From Antedon mediterranea (lineage: Eukaryota; Animalia; Echinodermata), in the NCBI RefSeq assembly GCF_964355755.1, contig NC_092674.1:1426001-1490000 (forward strand): DNA of 64,000 nt, read 5' to 3'. Of the stretch, positions 47,706 through 61,300 are shown in pieces. The notes beneath the pieces were generated by a model, which was given only the letters and a program-made list of their open reading frames with translations, was not told the DNA's origin and made no database searches. Position 1 is the stretch's first letter; every line of letters starts with the position of its first letter. The position numbers and the translations under genes are program-made.

Positions 47706-49085
47706 CCTTCTTTAGGCCTAAAGTCAATGCTTAAACTAGCAAAGTGTTATTTAAGTACAGCACCGTCGTCGTATACCTGCTACACGTTGACACCGGTGTT
47801 GGCGGATACAGAATCAAAAACGCATAAAATATGAAATATATAACTCAGCCTTCTGTCAAAATTCACAGGGTACCTGCCACTTCATGTATATCCAATAATA
47901 GTTACATAAATATACTTTACTTTGTGCTGGTTAATCGTGATGTAAATTTTAAACAAGTAATCCAGCTTTGGCATGTAACGAACTGTTTATAAATGCAAGG
48001 GTGTGAACTTGGAATTATGCAAATGAGGGTCATTCATGCTGTGTCCTGATTGGATAAGTAACCGCGTGAGCGGCTCACTTGCTTCATGCATGAACATTCT
48101 AATTGGATGATGAAATAATAATTCCAAGGTCAACTTGACCTCAAGACATAACAGGGGATGTCCCTCGTCCTTGGAAACCACTAAAACGCATGCACGCAGC
48201 CGGCGGATGGAGGATTATATTACATGAACCCTGGTTAGAACTTATCATAACACATGTTTTACTTCAATCCAGTCACTATTTATTATAGATATCTCTCTTT
48301 ATCATCTATTTTCATTTATTCTCTGTCCCTTTTTCCCCTTTCCTAAAATACAATTTATATGCACCGATGTTCAAAAATTCCTGGTAGGTAGGCCAGACGT
48401 GTTATTACCCGATTTAAATCGACGTGATGTCGCAACATCGTTAGCTGTCAGAATTATTGCACAATGAATTCAAGGTGTATAGTAGGCCTACCAATTATAC
48501 AGGGAGTTGTAATAATTATATTTTACAACTCCCCCTGTATAATTGTTCGTCTAAAATAATTTTTCATGTGATCTTTCAAGACATGAAAGGTTGTGAACTA
48601 CATGTGGCAGGTGATACATGTCATCTGCTAATTATTTTGTGGAACTTTTTTTAATTAAGTATTTACTATGGACAATAATGAGGTGTTAATTCCATTGTGA
48701 GAACCAGCACATCACATTCTTTTTCACATCAAGTTTGATATTGTAGACTAGCATTAGCATGGCCGCTAATTTATAACAAGTGTTATCATCTATACAATGG
48801 CCAACATAATCTCGACCTGATGCATCAATCAGGATTAAAAAAAAACACAACAAAAGATGACGTCACAGCAGGGGAGCTCTCTAATTGAAATTATCATGAT
48901 CCACTGTTCACAACTTTATTTGAACATTTATAGTTTTATTTTTTGGTATAGGCCTACTAGGATACGAAAATACCAGGTATACAGGTAGGTCGCAGCACTC
49001 ACTGTTTTCTAATCGGCTTAATATTAATCCGTTAGGCCTACAATAAGTTGCTACCTGTATTTTCTCTAAAGCGTATTTATCATAA

Positions 49086-49087
<2 letters not shown>

Positions 49088-49144
<57 letters not shown>
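49088..49144. repeat. (AAT)n microsatellite
   Basis: About 18 uninterrupted AAT units. Confidence 0.95.
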
Positions 49145-49145
<1 letters not shown>

Positions 49146-52119
49146 TGATAATACGTTAGTTAATGAAAATAATCAATATAAAATATGATGTAATGGGTAA
49201 GGTAAATTAAAAACAATACAGGTAAAAAATAATTGAATATGTATTGTATGAACCAGCAAACAGATCAACGATAATTTAGGCCTTGTAACTTTGACGCGTC
49301 ACACCAGGGAGTTGTTTACAACTCCCTGGTCACACACGTCAACCAACGTGTTTCTCTTAAATTATTTTTACTTCTTCATGGTAGCCACCGATTGGTCGGA
49401 TTGACTCAATAAAGTTTGGTTGCCATGACGCAACGCAGCGCGTCATAGGCGCAACGCGAATGACTCAAACTATTACAAGTGGGAACCGATATTTTATTAT
49501 TTCTTTGTACTGTGTGGACAGCGAGCCGTCCGCTTATTATTTTGTCGGATGCGTGATTAAGAAAAAAAACACAACTATGACATCACGTTGCGTTTTTGAT
49601 ATCCGTTTCATAAATTATGCAATTCTTGCAAAAAGCTGTGTCCAAATTCTGGCTCCTTATTTGATTGCGTAATTGAAGCAAGGAAGCCTGTAATTTAAAC
49701 GACTGATCACACCCACAATGGATTTCCCTCTTTCCTGTCCTTTACCTACGTACAGTTAGTATAACCACCTAGAAATAATGACACCATCAAACTTTAAAAT
49801 AATTTTTCCAATTTAATACCGACCGTTTGAATCAACATAAGAATGATGTTGACGATTTTTTAAATATATATTTTCGAAGATCGTTAAGAAATAGAATGGA
49901 TCAGCATCAAAGAAGGAACAAGTGTTGGGGGTTTCCCTTCAAATTAGGCAGTAATGGTCATTTATTTTATCTCCATAAAACGATAATTCGATATTTCTGA
50001 CATCACACCCTGGACTTTGAGAAAGGAACGTGACAGTATAAGGGCTTACTGGTATGACGTCATTGTTCGTTGTTCGTTGTTTTGACAGTTTGATGGTCAA
50101 GCAATTAGTAGTGACCATCGCTTGAATGATGCAATGGATACACACGTGTGATTTGTTTCTGTCTCAGGGACAAGGAAATGTGTTGTTGATACCCGTCAGG
50201 GACGTATACCGACCTATTAGTTATTAAGGCTTTTTATTTTCGTACCGTTTGCAATAAAAATTGAATTGTGAATGTGAGTAGATTACGAATATATAACAAA
50301 TAAATATAAATATAACATTGTAAAACTTTCTAGCAGAAACCATTGATATAAAACAAATCTGCTATTAGTTATATTATTACGACTTCAATGGTAAAATACG
50401 TCAAGTCTGTTACTGCGTTTGTTCCATCTTTGTGAACGAATACAATTCTGTAAATAGGGAGCTATAGTACTAAAGCCTTGCCTTGGTTTTAGTACTATTG
50501 TATATAACAATACTATCGACGACACAATACACTCGTTTAATGTTAATACCGGACAAATAGACAAACCTAGGAGTTTTGTCATAACACCAGGTACAGTACA
50601 ACAACCACGGAGGAATAACACCATAATTGAACTCGATCAGCTGTTTCCGGTTGATGTCTTGTCATGTTTCGCAATGTACAGTGCATATTGAGGCCTAATA
50701 TTATTAAAGTGGATGAATAGATACATTTTAAAGTCGCGACAACGTTCGTTTTATGTTGAAATACTTTATGCAGACAATAAATACGTAAAAACATCCATAA
50801 TACAGTAAATAATTGCGGGGATTTCCCAAAATTTTAATTGCAGATGTTTTTCTCCTTATAGTTTAGGATTTCATTGGCAACCTGAAGCTCACAGCACCAT
50901 GGGAGACACTATCAAACGTTATGCGACAACAAAATGTGATGTGCCCATGTATGGACATGATGATGTCATATCACTACCATATTTAAGCATATCACTACTA
51001 TATTTGGGCACATCACACTTTCTTACCAAACTAGTTTGATAGTGTAGACAGTTACAGTATTATAATGTTTAATTATGGCATCCATTCAAAAAAATAACTC
51101 TGTTACAAACAATGTTGCATCATTTCCAATAAGGAAATACATTTATTGAATATATTTTTGTTTTCAATTTTTCATCGATAAAATGGAGGACCTATAACTG
51201 TCCAAGTCCTTGATAAAACTAATTGTCGAACATGAATAAAACAAACTTGAAGAAATCTAAAATATTAGTTTAAATACTGAACAACCCTGTTAGGCCTCTA
51301 ATTAAATAATTTACAATGTAAAATCATGGAACTTACTCCATGATAAAATTAAGGTTTGATGCTATACAGTATAACATACCAATATCACTACACACATCTA
51401 CTGTACTGTACTGTATTATATAGCATCACTATTCTTCACAATACTCCATGTTAAAAACATTCCAAACATGTACTTTAAAACTAAGAAGTACCGAAAAAAT
51501 GAATACTTTGATTTAAGTTAGCATAACATTATACACTGTGGACGGGAATGACATTACCTATGTTACACTAACATTACCCTGGAAGAGAACTAAAGGAAAG
51601 GTATTAAACAAGGTTAAACAGTGTTATACCTCCATATTCCTACACACTATTACCTATTACATTGTCTACACTGTGGAGCACCATTTTGAAATGTTTACAC
51701 TATCAAACTAGTTTGACAAAAAAAATACCCATATATGGACATGATAATTTCATCTAACTACCATATTTAAGCATCACTACCATATTTGGGTACACTTTTT
51801 TGTCAAACTAGTTTGATAGTGTAAACAGAGCTTTAAGGTGAATACATTTTTAGTTATGCACCAACATGTTACGTGAGCAAAATAAGATAAAACTACTTCA
51901 TTACTTGGCAGCATCACAAAGTTACTATTGCTAATGGCTAAACATTGCTACATCTATCAATCACACAGAATGAAATGGGTGTTTATTTCAGGGGCATTGA
52001 AGACCAATCACACTGACACTATAATACTTTTATTAATGAAAGACTAGTATTACTAAATAGGTTTTATAAGTTATGGTGGGTACAGTCAGCAATGATTATA
52101 TACTTTATAGCCTTGTACA

Positions 52120-52265
52120 TTCACAGTTTTTTGCGTTCACAGTTTTTGTGCGTTCACAGTTTTTGTGCGTTCGCAGTTTTTTGCGTTCACTGTTTGTGTG
52201 CGTTCGCAGTTTTTGTGCGTTCACAGTTTTTGTGCGCTCACAGTTTTTGTGCGTTCGCAGTTTTT
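52120..52265. repeat. ~17-bp tandem repeat x8 just 3' of the NT5DC stop codon
   Basis: TGCGTTC(A/G)CAGTTTTTG units. Confidence 0.9.
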
Positions 52266-52346
52266 AAGCTTCAGTAATTTTCGTTCAGATAGATGGGTGA
52301 GTGAGGTGTTGATTTATCACAAACCCCGGTATGATTTCATATTATA

Positions 52347-55300
52347 TTATTCAAAAATTCCCGACCAAGGCCCTTGTGCGGTCTCATCCTCAATATGCGG
52401 ATGCAAGTTAAAGTTCATCTCATGTGGTAGCGCTGCCCTCTGTGGGTAAAAACTGTGTTGTAACGAGTACGACAACAGGTTGTCTACGGATGATGTGTAA
52501 ATGTCTGCGAAGCGTGAAAGACGACGGGAGAAATACGTTGGGTTGTGGTACGTGCGAAAGATACTACCAAACTGGCGGTTAAACAATGTTTTTGTTATAA
52601 CTCTAGAAAAAGAATTGAAAAAAAAAACATTAAGAATATTGACATTGAACATTATTACGAAAATTAATGCAAACATTTATTTGAAATTTATTGAAATTTA
52701 ATTCTCTTTTAATTATGTTTATTAAAATGCTTAGGAAAAAAGGCCGATAGACATACCTAAGTTGGTGACGCTCTCTCAGCCATTCTTGTAAAACTGCTTG
52801 ACACTCTGAATTCTCATAAACCTATAATAGAAAAAAACAAATATTCCGCTCAACTGTTTTTTTAAATGTATTGTATATAATTTATTTTTGTTATGCATTA
52901 AAGGGGGTGTTGGCAGTCATTTTAATATACCCACAATTTCTATTAAATATGATCAGAAAGTAGAGATCTAGTTTATTGAATTAAAGGCAGTTAAAGGAAG
53001 ATAGGAAAGATTAAGATTAAATTGGTAACAAAAGAATAATCCTAAGATTAAGAAGGATAAAAGAAAAAAGAGATTACAAAACACTCTAATCTCCTGTGAC
53101 TTGGTTGAGGTCACTAGGCTCAGACCCAATTTAGTGAAAGGTTTACGATTAAAAAAAAAAAATAAAGAAAAAAATAAATAAATAAAATGTGTTTAGTTAT
53201 TGTCTTTTTTTAATGTTGTTACTCCACCAGTCAGCATTTTGATTTTTGTTTGCAATTCCAGCTAAAGTATATTTTGTGCCAACTTTTTATCCTTTTACCA
53301 ATATTAAGTGAATCGCCGTCTAGATCCGGGACTAGAATTCAATGTCTGCAAAGACTGAATTAGTGATTTAGGTCACTGAACAGCTGATTCAATGATAGGA
53401 TTGAAACAACTGAAAAGGATAAGATTATAATTTGACAAAAAAAAACCAATTTGTATTTGTCGCACATTTTGCCTTTCACAGTTAGTGTATAATTTATCAT
53501 GGATTACACTCTTCTTTGAGGTTTGTATTGTACAACTGTGTCTGTCAAAGAACAATACCATTGTGCAAATACAATAGCAGTTTTCCTTTCACACTACAGT
53601 ACAATGCTCCCATTTTAATGTTTTTACACTGACCATGTAGTAACAATAAGACAATGACTTTCTTCTGACCACAAAATAATAAAATCTATTCATCTATATA
53701 GTTACGTTACTATTATATTCTGATTATATTTACCAATACTACTCCTGGTAAACAACTTTTACAGCAGTTTTTACTATTATATGTATTTACACTGGCAGTG
53801 TTGTTGTACACATCCCCAAAAAAAGAAGATGTTTTTATTTTTGTGATAATTTTGTATATTTTTTCTATTAGTCTTTATTCTATTATATATACATATATAA
53901 ATCCAAAGGCAAATTACTGAAAAAATGACAATACTGTGGGATACATATACAGTACACATTTAATATTTTAAAACCAGGTTGTATAAGCTATTATTTCATT
54001 AACATTTTCAATTGATGTGCTAAAATTAAAAAGTTTGATATAGGAAAAGTAATACAGGATTTGAAAGAGTTCTAAAACGACCAACAATGGAAATAACAAG
54101 TCTATTAATAACTGTTAACTACTGCGATAACAATGAACTATGGGTAATATCAGTATGTTATTTGTTTATTATCTAATGTGATATCATTTGACCCCTAAAC
54201 CACAGGTTAAGCCATTGTCCTTGTCTTCTCAATATTTGTATGTGTTTTTAGGTCTTTCATTTGATATGGATATTTCAATAGATCACTAGACCTCATCAAA
54301 TATTATTAATCTTAAAATAGTCAGTATGATTGCTTGCTATCAAGACTTCAAAATACACAGAAAATGCTATTCTGGCACAATCCAAATTTAGTACAAATTT
54401 GTTTAAATTGTATATTTGACTTTCCTTTATGTAAAGCACATTGACTCTTAACCAACCAACCAAAACTCCTCTCCCCTAGCCAAAATTGAACCGATAATTA
54501 ACCGATAAAAATTCTCTGATTTGAATGAGATAATTATCGGTTAATTTTTCTTGAGCAGAATCAGTCAAACCCCATTTCCACAAACAGGAAGTTGTATCGG
54601 TTAATTATTGTTCTGCGGAAATACGGCCTATGTCACTCTCCAGAGTAGCGTTGCATTGTGGTTTACAAACTTTGACAGATCCAGGATCCAGGGAGGGGTG
54701 GGGGCTGACTTATGTATTACCCTATAAATATTTAGAGGGCTGGATGGTCCCTTGTCCGTCAGCTTACCTGATTTTTTTCAATGAGGGCCTGCAGCGTTAA
54801 CAACCAAACAACAGCTTGCTTGAAAGGTACAGAGTTGCTTGTTGTTATTTCAGACTGAAAAATATAAAACATTGTGATACAAGATTACATCATAGAAAGT
54901 ATTATAATGTGATGTTCCCATATATGGACATAATCATGTTATCACTACCATATTTGGGCATGTCACTACCATATTTGGGCACATCACACCTTTTTTGTCA
55001 AACTAGATTGATAGTGTAGACAGAGTTTTTATATGAGGCAATTGTAGTTTAGTTGTTATATACTGTACACATTGCAATACATTGGTTCAGCCACTGCCAA
55101 TTAGAATAAAGCAGGACTTATACACATTGCAATACATTGGTTCAGCCACTGCCAATTAGAATAAAGCAGGACTTATACACATTGCAATACATTGGTTCAG
55201 CCACTGCCAATTAGAATAAAGCAGGACTTATACACATTGCAATACATTGGTTCAGCCACTGCCAATTAGAATAAAGCAGGACTTATACACATTGCAATAC

Positions 55301-58300
55301 ATTGGTTCAGCCACTGCCAATTAGAATAAAGCAGGACTTATACACATTGCAATACATTGGTTCAGCCACTGCCAATTAGAATAAAGCAGGACTTATACAC
55401 ATTGCAATACATTGGTTCAGCCACTGCCAATTAGAATAAAGCAGGACTTATACACATTGCAATACATTGGTTCAGCCACTGCCAATTAGAATAAAGCAGG
55501 ACTTATACACATTGCAATACATTGGTTCAGCCACTGCCAATTTGAATAAAGCAGGACTTATACACATTGCAATACATTGGTTCAGCCACTGCCAATTAGA
55601 ATAAAGCAGGACTTATACACATTGCAATACATTGGTTCAGCCACTGCCAATTAGAATAAAGCAGGACTTATACACATTGCAATACATTGGTTCAGCCACT
55701 GCCAATTAGAATAAAGCAGGACTTATACACATTGCAATACATTGGTTCAGCCACTGCCAATTAGAATAAAGCAGGACTTATACACATTGCAATACATTGG
55801 TTCAGCCACTGCCAATTAGAATAAAGCAGGACTTATACACATTGCAATACATTGGTTCAGCCACTGCCAATTAGAATAAAGCAGGACTTATACACATTGC
55901 AATACATTGGTTCAGCCACTGCCAATTAGAATAAAGCAGGACTTGTACACATTGCAATACATTGGTTCAGCCACTGCCAATTAGAATAAAGCAGGACTTA
56001 TACACATTGCAATACATTGGTTCAGCCACTGCCAATTAGAATAAAGCAGGACTTATACACATTGCAATACATTGGTTCAGCCACTGCCAATTAGAATAAA
56101 GCAGGACTTATACACATTGCAATACATTGGTTCAGCCACTGCCAATTAGAATAAAGCAGGACTTATACACATTGCAATACATTGGTTCAGCCACTGCCAA
56201 TTAGAATAAAGCAGGACTTATACACATTGCAATACATTGGTTCAGCCACTGCCAATTAGAATAAAGCAGGACTTATACACATTGCAATACATTGGTTCAG
56301 CCACTGCCAATTAGAATAAAGCAGGACTTATACACATTGCAATACATTGGTTCAGCCACTGCCAATTAGAATAAAGCAGGACTTATACACATTGCAATAC
56401 ATTGGTTCAGCCACTGCCAATTAGAATAAAGCAGGACTTATACACATTGCAATACATTGGTTCAGCCACTGCCAATTAGAATAAAGCAGGACTTATACAC
56501 ATTGCAATACATTGGTTCAGCCACTGCCAATTTGAATAAAGCAGGACTTGTACACATTGCAATACATTGGTTCAGCCACTGCCAATTTGAATAAAGCAGG
56601 ACTTATACACATTGCAATACATTGGTTCAGCCACTGCCAATTTGAATAAAGCAGGACTTATACACATTGCAATACATTGGTTCAGCCACTGCCAATTTGA
56701 ATAAAGCAGGACTTATTGTATGATAAACAATATTAAGTTGGATCATTGTAGTTGACATTATTAATGAGCATAGTATCTTGACATTGTTTGACAATAAAGC
56801 CTTTATAGTCATATTGAATACTTAACCTCATATTAACAGGATGTATTTCAACTAAAAATCACAAAACATAAACTCAACATTCTTCTATATATCCAGGTCA
56901 AAATAGATATAATAATATAAAGAAAAATATAATAAGATAATAAAGCATTCATAACTGCCAAATGGACAATTTAATTAGATCTTCCCTTAACTAGGTTCTA
57001 GCCCGTAATTAGTAAAGATTGTGAGTTACAACTCTGGCACTAAGTCAGGATTGAACCCCGGACTTTGTGATTGGAAGGCAAGCACGTTAACCATCAAGCT
57101 ACAACTTCACTACATTCTGAGTATTTTGTAGATCCATTGACAGTTGTTGGGTAGGCATCTTTCATTAACCATGAAAAATATTCTAATTAACAAAGCCATA
57201 AATTATTATATTCATAACTGATGCAACCAGCAGGAATAATAATAGCATAATATATGTCATTTACATGTACGTAATACTTGTAATAAATTGTCAAATTGTT
57301 TCTACAGGTAGCAAATAGAGTGAGTGTGTTTACACAGCTGAAACCATGTAGGTGGTAAACAGCAACTCCGGAAAAAGTAACAATTGAATATTATACCAGT
57401 AAAAGTTATATAAATATTGCTAATTATTGTTGTAGGAGGCTGTTGACTACTGTATAGAAATATTTTGAATGGTTTTCCATACGTGGAGTGTATGTACTGT
57501 ACAGAGAATTCTGAAATAAGATGGTGGAAGGGGGTGCCATAAAATTCAAAAGGGGTAGGGCCTTGGGGTGGTGGAAGCGGGTCTGATAAAGCTAAAAAAG
57601 GGGTCGGGCCTTGGGCTGGTGGAAGCAGGTGCGATAAAGCTCAAAAGGGGGTAGGGCCTTGGGGTGGTGGAAGCAGGTGAAATAAAGCTAAAAAAGGGTA
57701 GGGTCTTGGGGTGGCGGAAGCGGGTGTGATAAAGCTCAAAAAGGGTAGGGCCTTGGGGTGGTGGAAGCAGGTGAAATAAAGCTCAAAAAGGGTAGGGCCT
57801 TGGGGTGGTGAAAGCAGGTGAAATAAAGCTCAAAAAGGGTAGGGCCTTGGGGTGGTGGAAGCAAGTGAAATAAAGCTGAAAAGGGGAGCAGGGCCTTGGG
57901 GTGGTGAAAGCAGGTGAAATAAAGCTCAAAAGGGGGTAGGGCCTTGGGGTGGTGGAAGCAGGTGAAATAAAGCTCAAAAGGGGAGCAGGGCCTTGGGGTG
58001 GTGGAAGCAGGTGAAATAAAGCTCAAAAGGGGAGCAGGTCCTTGGGGTGGTGAAAGCAGGTGAAATAAAGCTCAAAAGGGGGTAGGGCCTTGGGGTGGTG
58101 GAAGCAGGTGAAATAAAGCTCAAAAGGGGGTAGGGCCTTGGGGTGGTGAAAGCAGGTGAAATAAAGCTCAAAAAGGGTAGGGCCTTGAAGTGGTGGAAGC
58201 AGGTGAAATAAAGCTCAAAAAGGGTAGGGCCTTGGGGTGGTGGAAGCAGGTGAAATAAAGCTGAAAAGGGGAGCAGGGCCTTGGGGTGGTGGAAGCAGGT

Positions 58301-61300
58301 GAAATAAAGCTGAAAAGGGGAGCAGGGTCTTGGGGTGGTGGAAGCAGGTGAAATAAAGCTCAAAAGGGGGTAGGGCCTTGGGGTGGTGGAAGCAGGTGAA
58401 ATAAAGCTCAAAAGGGGAGCAGGGCCTTGGGGTGGTGGAAGCAGGTGAAATAAAGCTCAAAAGGGGAGCAGGTCCTTGGGGTGGTGAAAGCAAGTGAAAT
58501 AAAGCTCAAAAGGGGAGCAGGTCCTTGGGGTGGTGGAAGCAGGTGAAATAAAGCTCAAAAGGGGAGCAGGTCCTTGGGGTGGTGGAAGCAGGTGAAATAA
58601 AGCTCAAAAGGGGAGCAGGTCCTTGGGGTGGTGGAAGCAGGTGAAATAAAGCTCAAAAGGGGAGCAGGTCCTTGGGGTGGTGAAAGCAGGTGAAATAAAG
58701 CTCAAAAGGGGGTAGGGTCTTGGGGTGGTGGAAACGGGTGTGATAAAGCTCAAAAAGGGTAGGGCCTTGGGGTGGTGAAAGCAGGTGAAATAAAGCTCAA
58801 AAAGGGTAGGGCCTTGAAGTGGTGGAAGCAGGTGAAATAAAGCTCAAAAAGGGTAGGGCCTTGGGGTGGTGGAAGCAGGTGAAATAAAGCTGAAAAGGGG
58901 AGCAGGGCCTTGGGGTGGTGGAAGCAGGTGAAATAAAGCTCAAAAGGGGAGCAGGGCCTTGGGGTGGTGGAAGCAGGTGAAATAAAGCACAAAAGGGGAG
59001 CAGGTCCTTGGGGTGGTGGAAGCAGGTGAAATAAAGCTGAAAAGAGGAGCAGGGCCTTGGGGTGGTGGAAGCAGGTGAAATAAAGCTCAAAAGGGGAGCA
59101 GGTCCTTGGGGTGGTGGAAGCAGGTGAAATAAAGCTCAAAAGGGGAGCAGGGCCTTGGGGTGGTGGAAGCAGGTGAAATAAAGCTGAAAAGGGGAGCAGG
59201 GCCTTGGGGTGGTGGAAGCAGGTGAAATAAAGCACAAAAGGGGAGCAGGTCCTTGGGGTGGTGGAAGCAGGTGAAATAAAGCTCAAAAGGGGAGCAGGTC
59301 CTTGGGGTGGTGGAAGCAGGTGAAATAAAGCTCAAAAGAGGAGCAGGGCCTTGGGGTGGTGGAAGCAGGTGAAATAAAGCTCAAAAGGGGAGCAGGTCCT
59401 TGGGGTGGTGGAAACAGGTGACTTTTACGACCTTTAGATTTTTGTAATCCCCTTTCATCGATTGTAGATTTTTTTTCTTTTTGTAGTAATAATTTCTAAT
59501 AACAATTTAATGCATAACTACTACTGAAAACTTTCAGATCCATGCCGTAGGCTGACTGAGTATTATGAAAATCAAAGATAGTGTAAATGTACTCCCCGTA
59601 GAGGGGCTATTGAATTCGCACCTCTAATTCTGGGATGATAGCTCCTGTCCTCCATCCATGTTTAAGTGACGGGTCAGCAAGGTCACTGTACACATGATCT
59701 CCAAAATATAACACACCAGATTCGTTCCAATGAATTGAGTTTACAAATTTCTCAATGTTACCCTGCAAGAAAAGGGTGATTTTTTACTCATTCATAAGGA
59801 TACAAATTAGGAATCAAAGTAGAACTACCATTTATAAAGCTCTGTCTACACTATCAAACTTTATGTGCCCATATGTCATATCACTACCATTTATTTGGGC
59901 ACATCACATTCTTTTCCACATAAAGTTAGTGTAGAGAGAGCTTTAGTTTTTGGTTTTCGATGTCCCCGACGACAGAGGATGTCAATAAAGTTTGCCTAAA
60001 GTAAAAATAAATTTAGGTAAAAACTGTAAATATGTTTGTAAGTTTATCATATGCATTGTAAACATCTTTTCAACTGTTGTGTAATCATATTCATACCTCT
60101 AAATAAATCTTGCCCTTTTCTAGGTTGTTGACCTTTGACCAAGCTGGTATACCAAGCTTGGTTGATATACATCTAAAAGGTCTAAAAATACAAAACAAAC
60201 TTTTTAAAAATACCATAAACAATTTCACTGTAAATGGTATAAAAACTTGACCTGAAGAGGGCAGCATACCTTATATTCATACATAACTACAGATTTTCAA
60301 AAGTGATTGAAATAGCTTATAATATTGTCATTATTGTGGATGAGTGAAATGTATTACATTATTGCTTTGGCTTTAGAAAGATTCTGTTGGATAAATTCTA
60401 TTTCCCAAAAAATATGTTAAAAAATATGTTTTTCTTAACATTTCACATTCAAAATATTGGTTGAGATTTGGTAAACTTCTGAAACTTGGTGTATACCTTG
60501 ATGTGTCATTGAAGAAGTATGGTTTTCTTGCCTGGGTTACAACAACATCAAACATTTCTCGCCAGTTATGGCCGCATAAATATTGCATTCCTCGATCCCT
60601 AAAACATTAAATAATATTGAGTATGCATCTGTTAAATTATGGTCTATATCGTTGGACGATATTTTTGGGAAGATGTAAAGAAACTGACAACTAGTTAAAT
60701 ATGAAAGACTATTTTTGATAAACAAATATTTGTCCAGATAATGTACAACAATTTATAATTTATACTACTGTACTTTCTCTTTAGATAGAGATAAGAGAAA
60801 AATATCTGTCTGTTTATAATAAATTCATACATTTTGAAATAATTTTCCATCCTATAGATTCTAATATCTTTATTTTTCTTAATAGTGCCATCTATGCTTT
60901 AAGAAAAACTAGATATTTCGTTTTTCCAAGTTTGGAGGTGTGTTTTAATTCATTGCACTCTGTTTAAAAGCCTTTCGTTACAACTGCCAGTGGTGGATCC
61001 AGATTTTGATATCCTATCTTTTGCATTACAATTTGCGAAATTTAGGGGGGCCAGGGTCTGACTGCATTATAGCAAAGTTTGTTTACATACACAAAATGGA
61101 AGTGACTATTTGTAATGAGAAACAGCTTCTTGCCAGCTGTGTGTAGTCTGCTCAACAGCTTTACAACTTGATGTTCATTCTTTAGGTATTTAGCTGCAAA
61201 TAAAGGGAAGCAAATATGATAAAATTAAAAGTGTCCAAGAAATAATACTGGTCAAGTTGAGCCAAACTAAAGGGCATATTTGACTAGTCACTCGCAAACA

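Noticed and set aside
57036-57105. Possible tRNA-Gly(TCC) gene
   Set aside because: Acceptor and anticodon stems do not pair well and it continues into a repeated body; better explained as a SINE head.
57736-59335. Pro/Phe-rich minus-strand ORFs
   Set aside because: Translations of the G-rich minisatellite with frame changes at unit-length variants.
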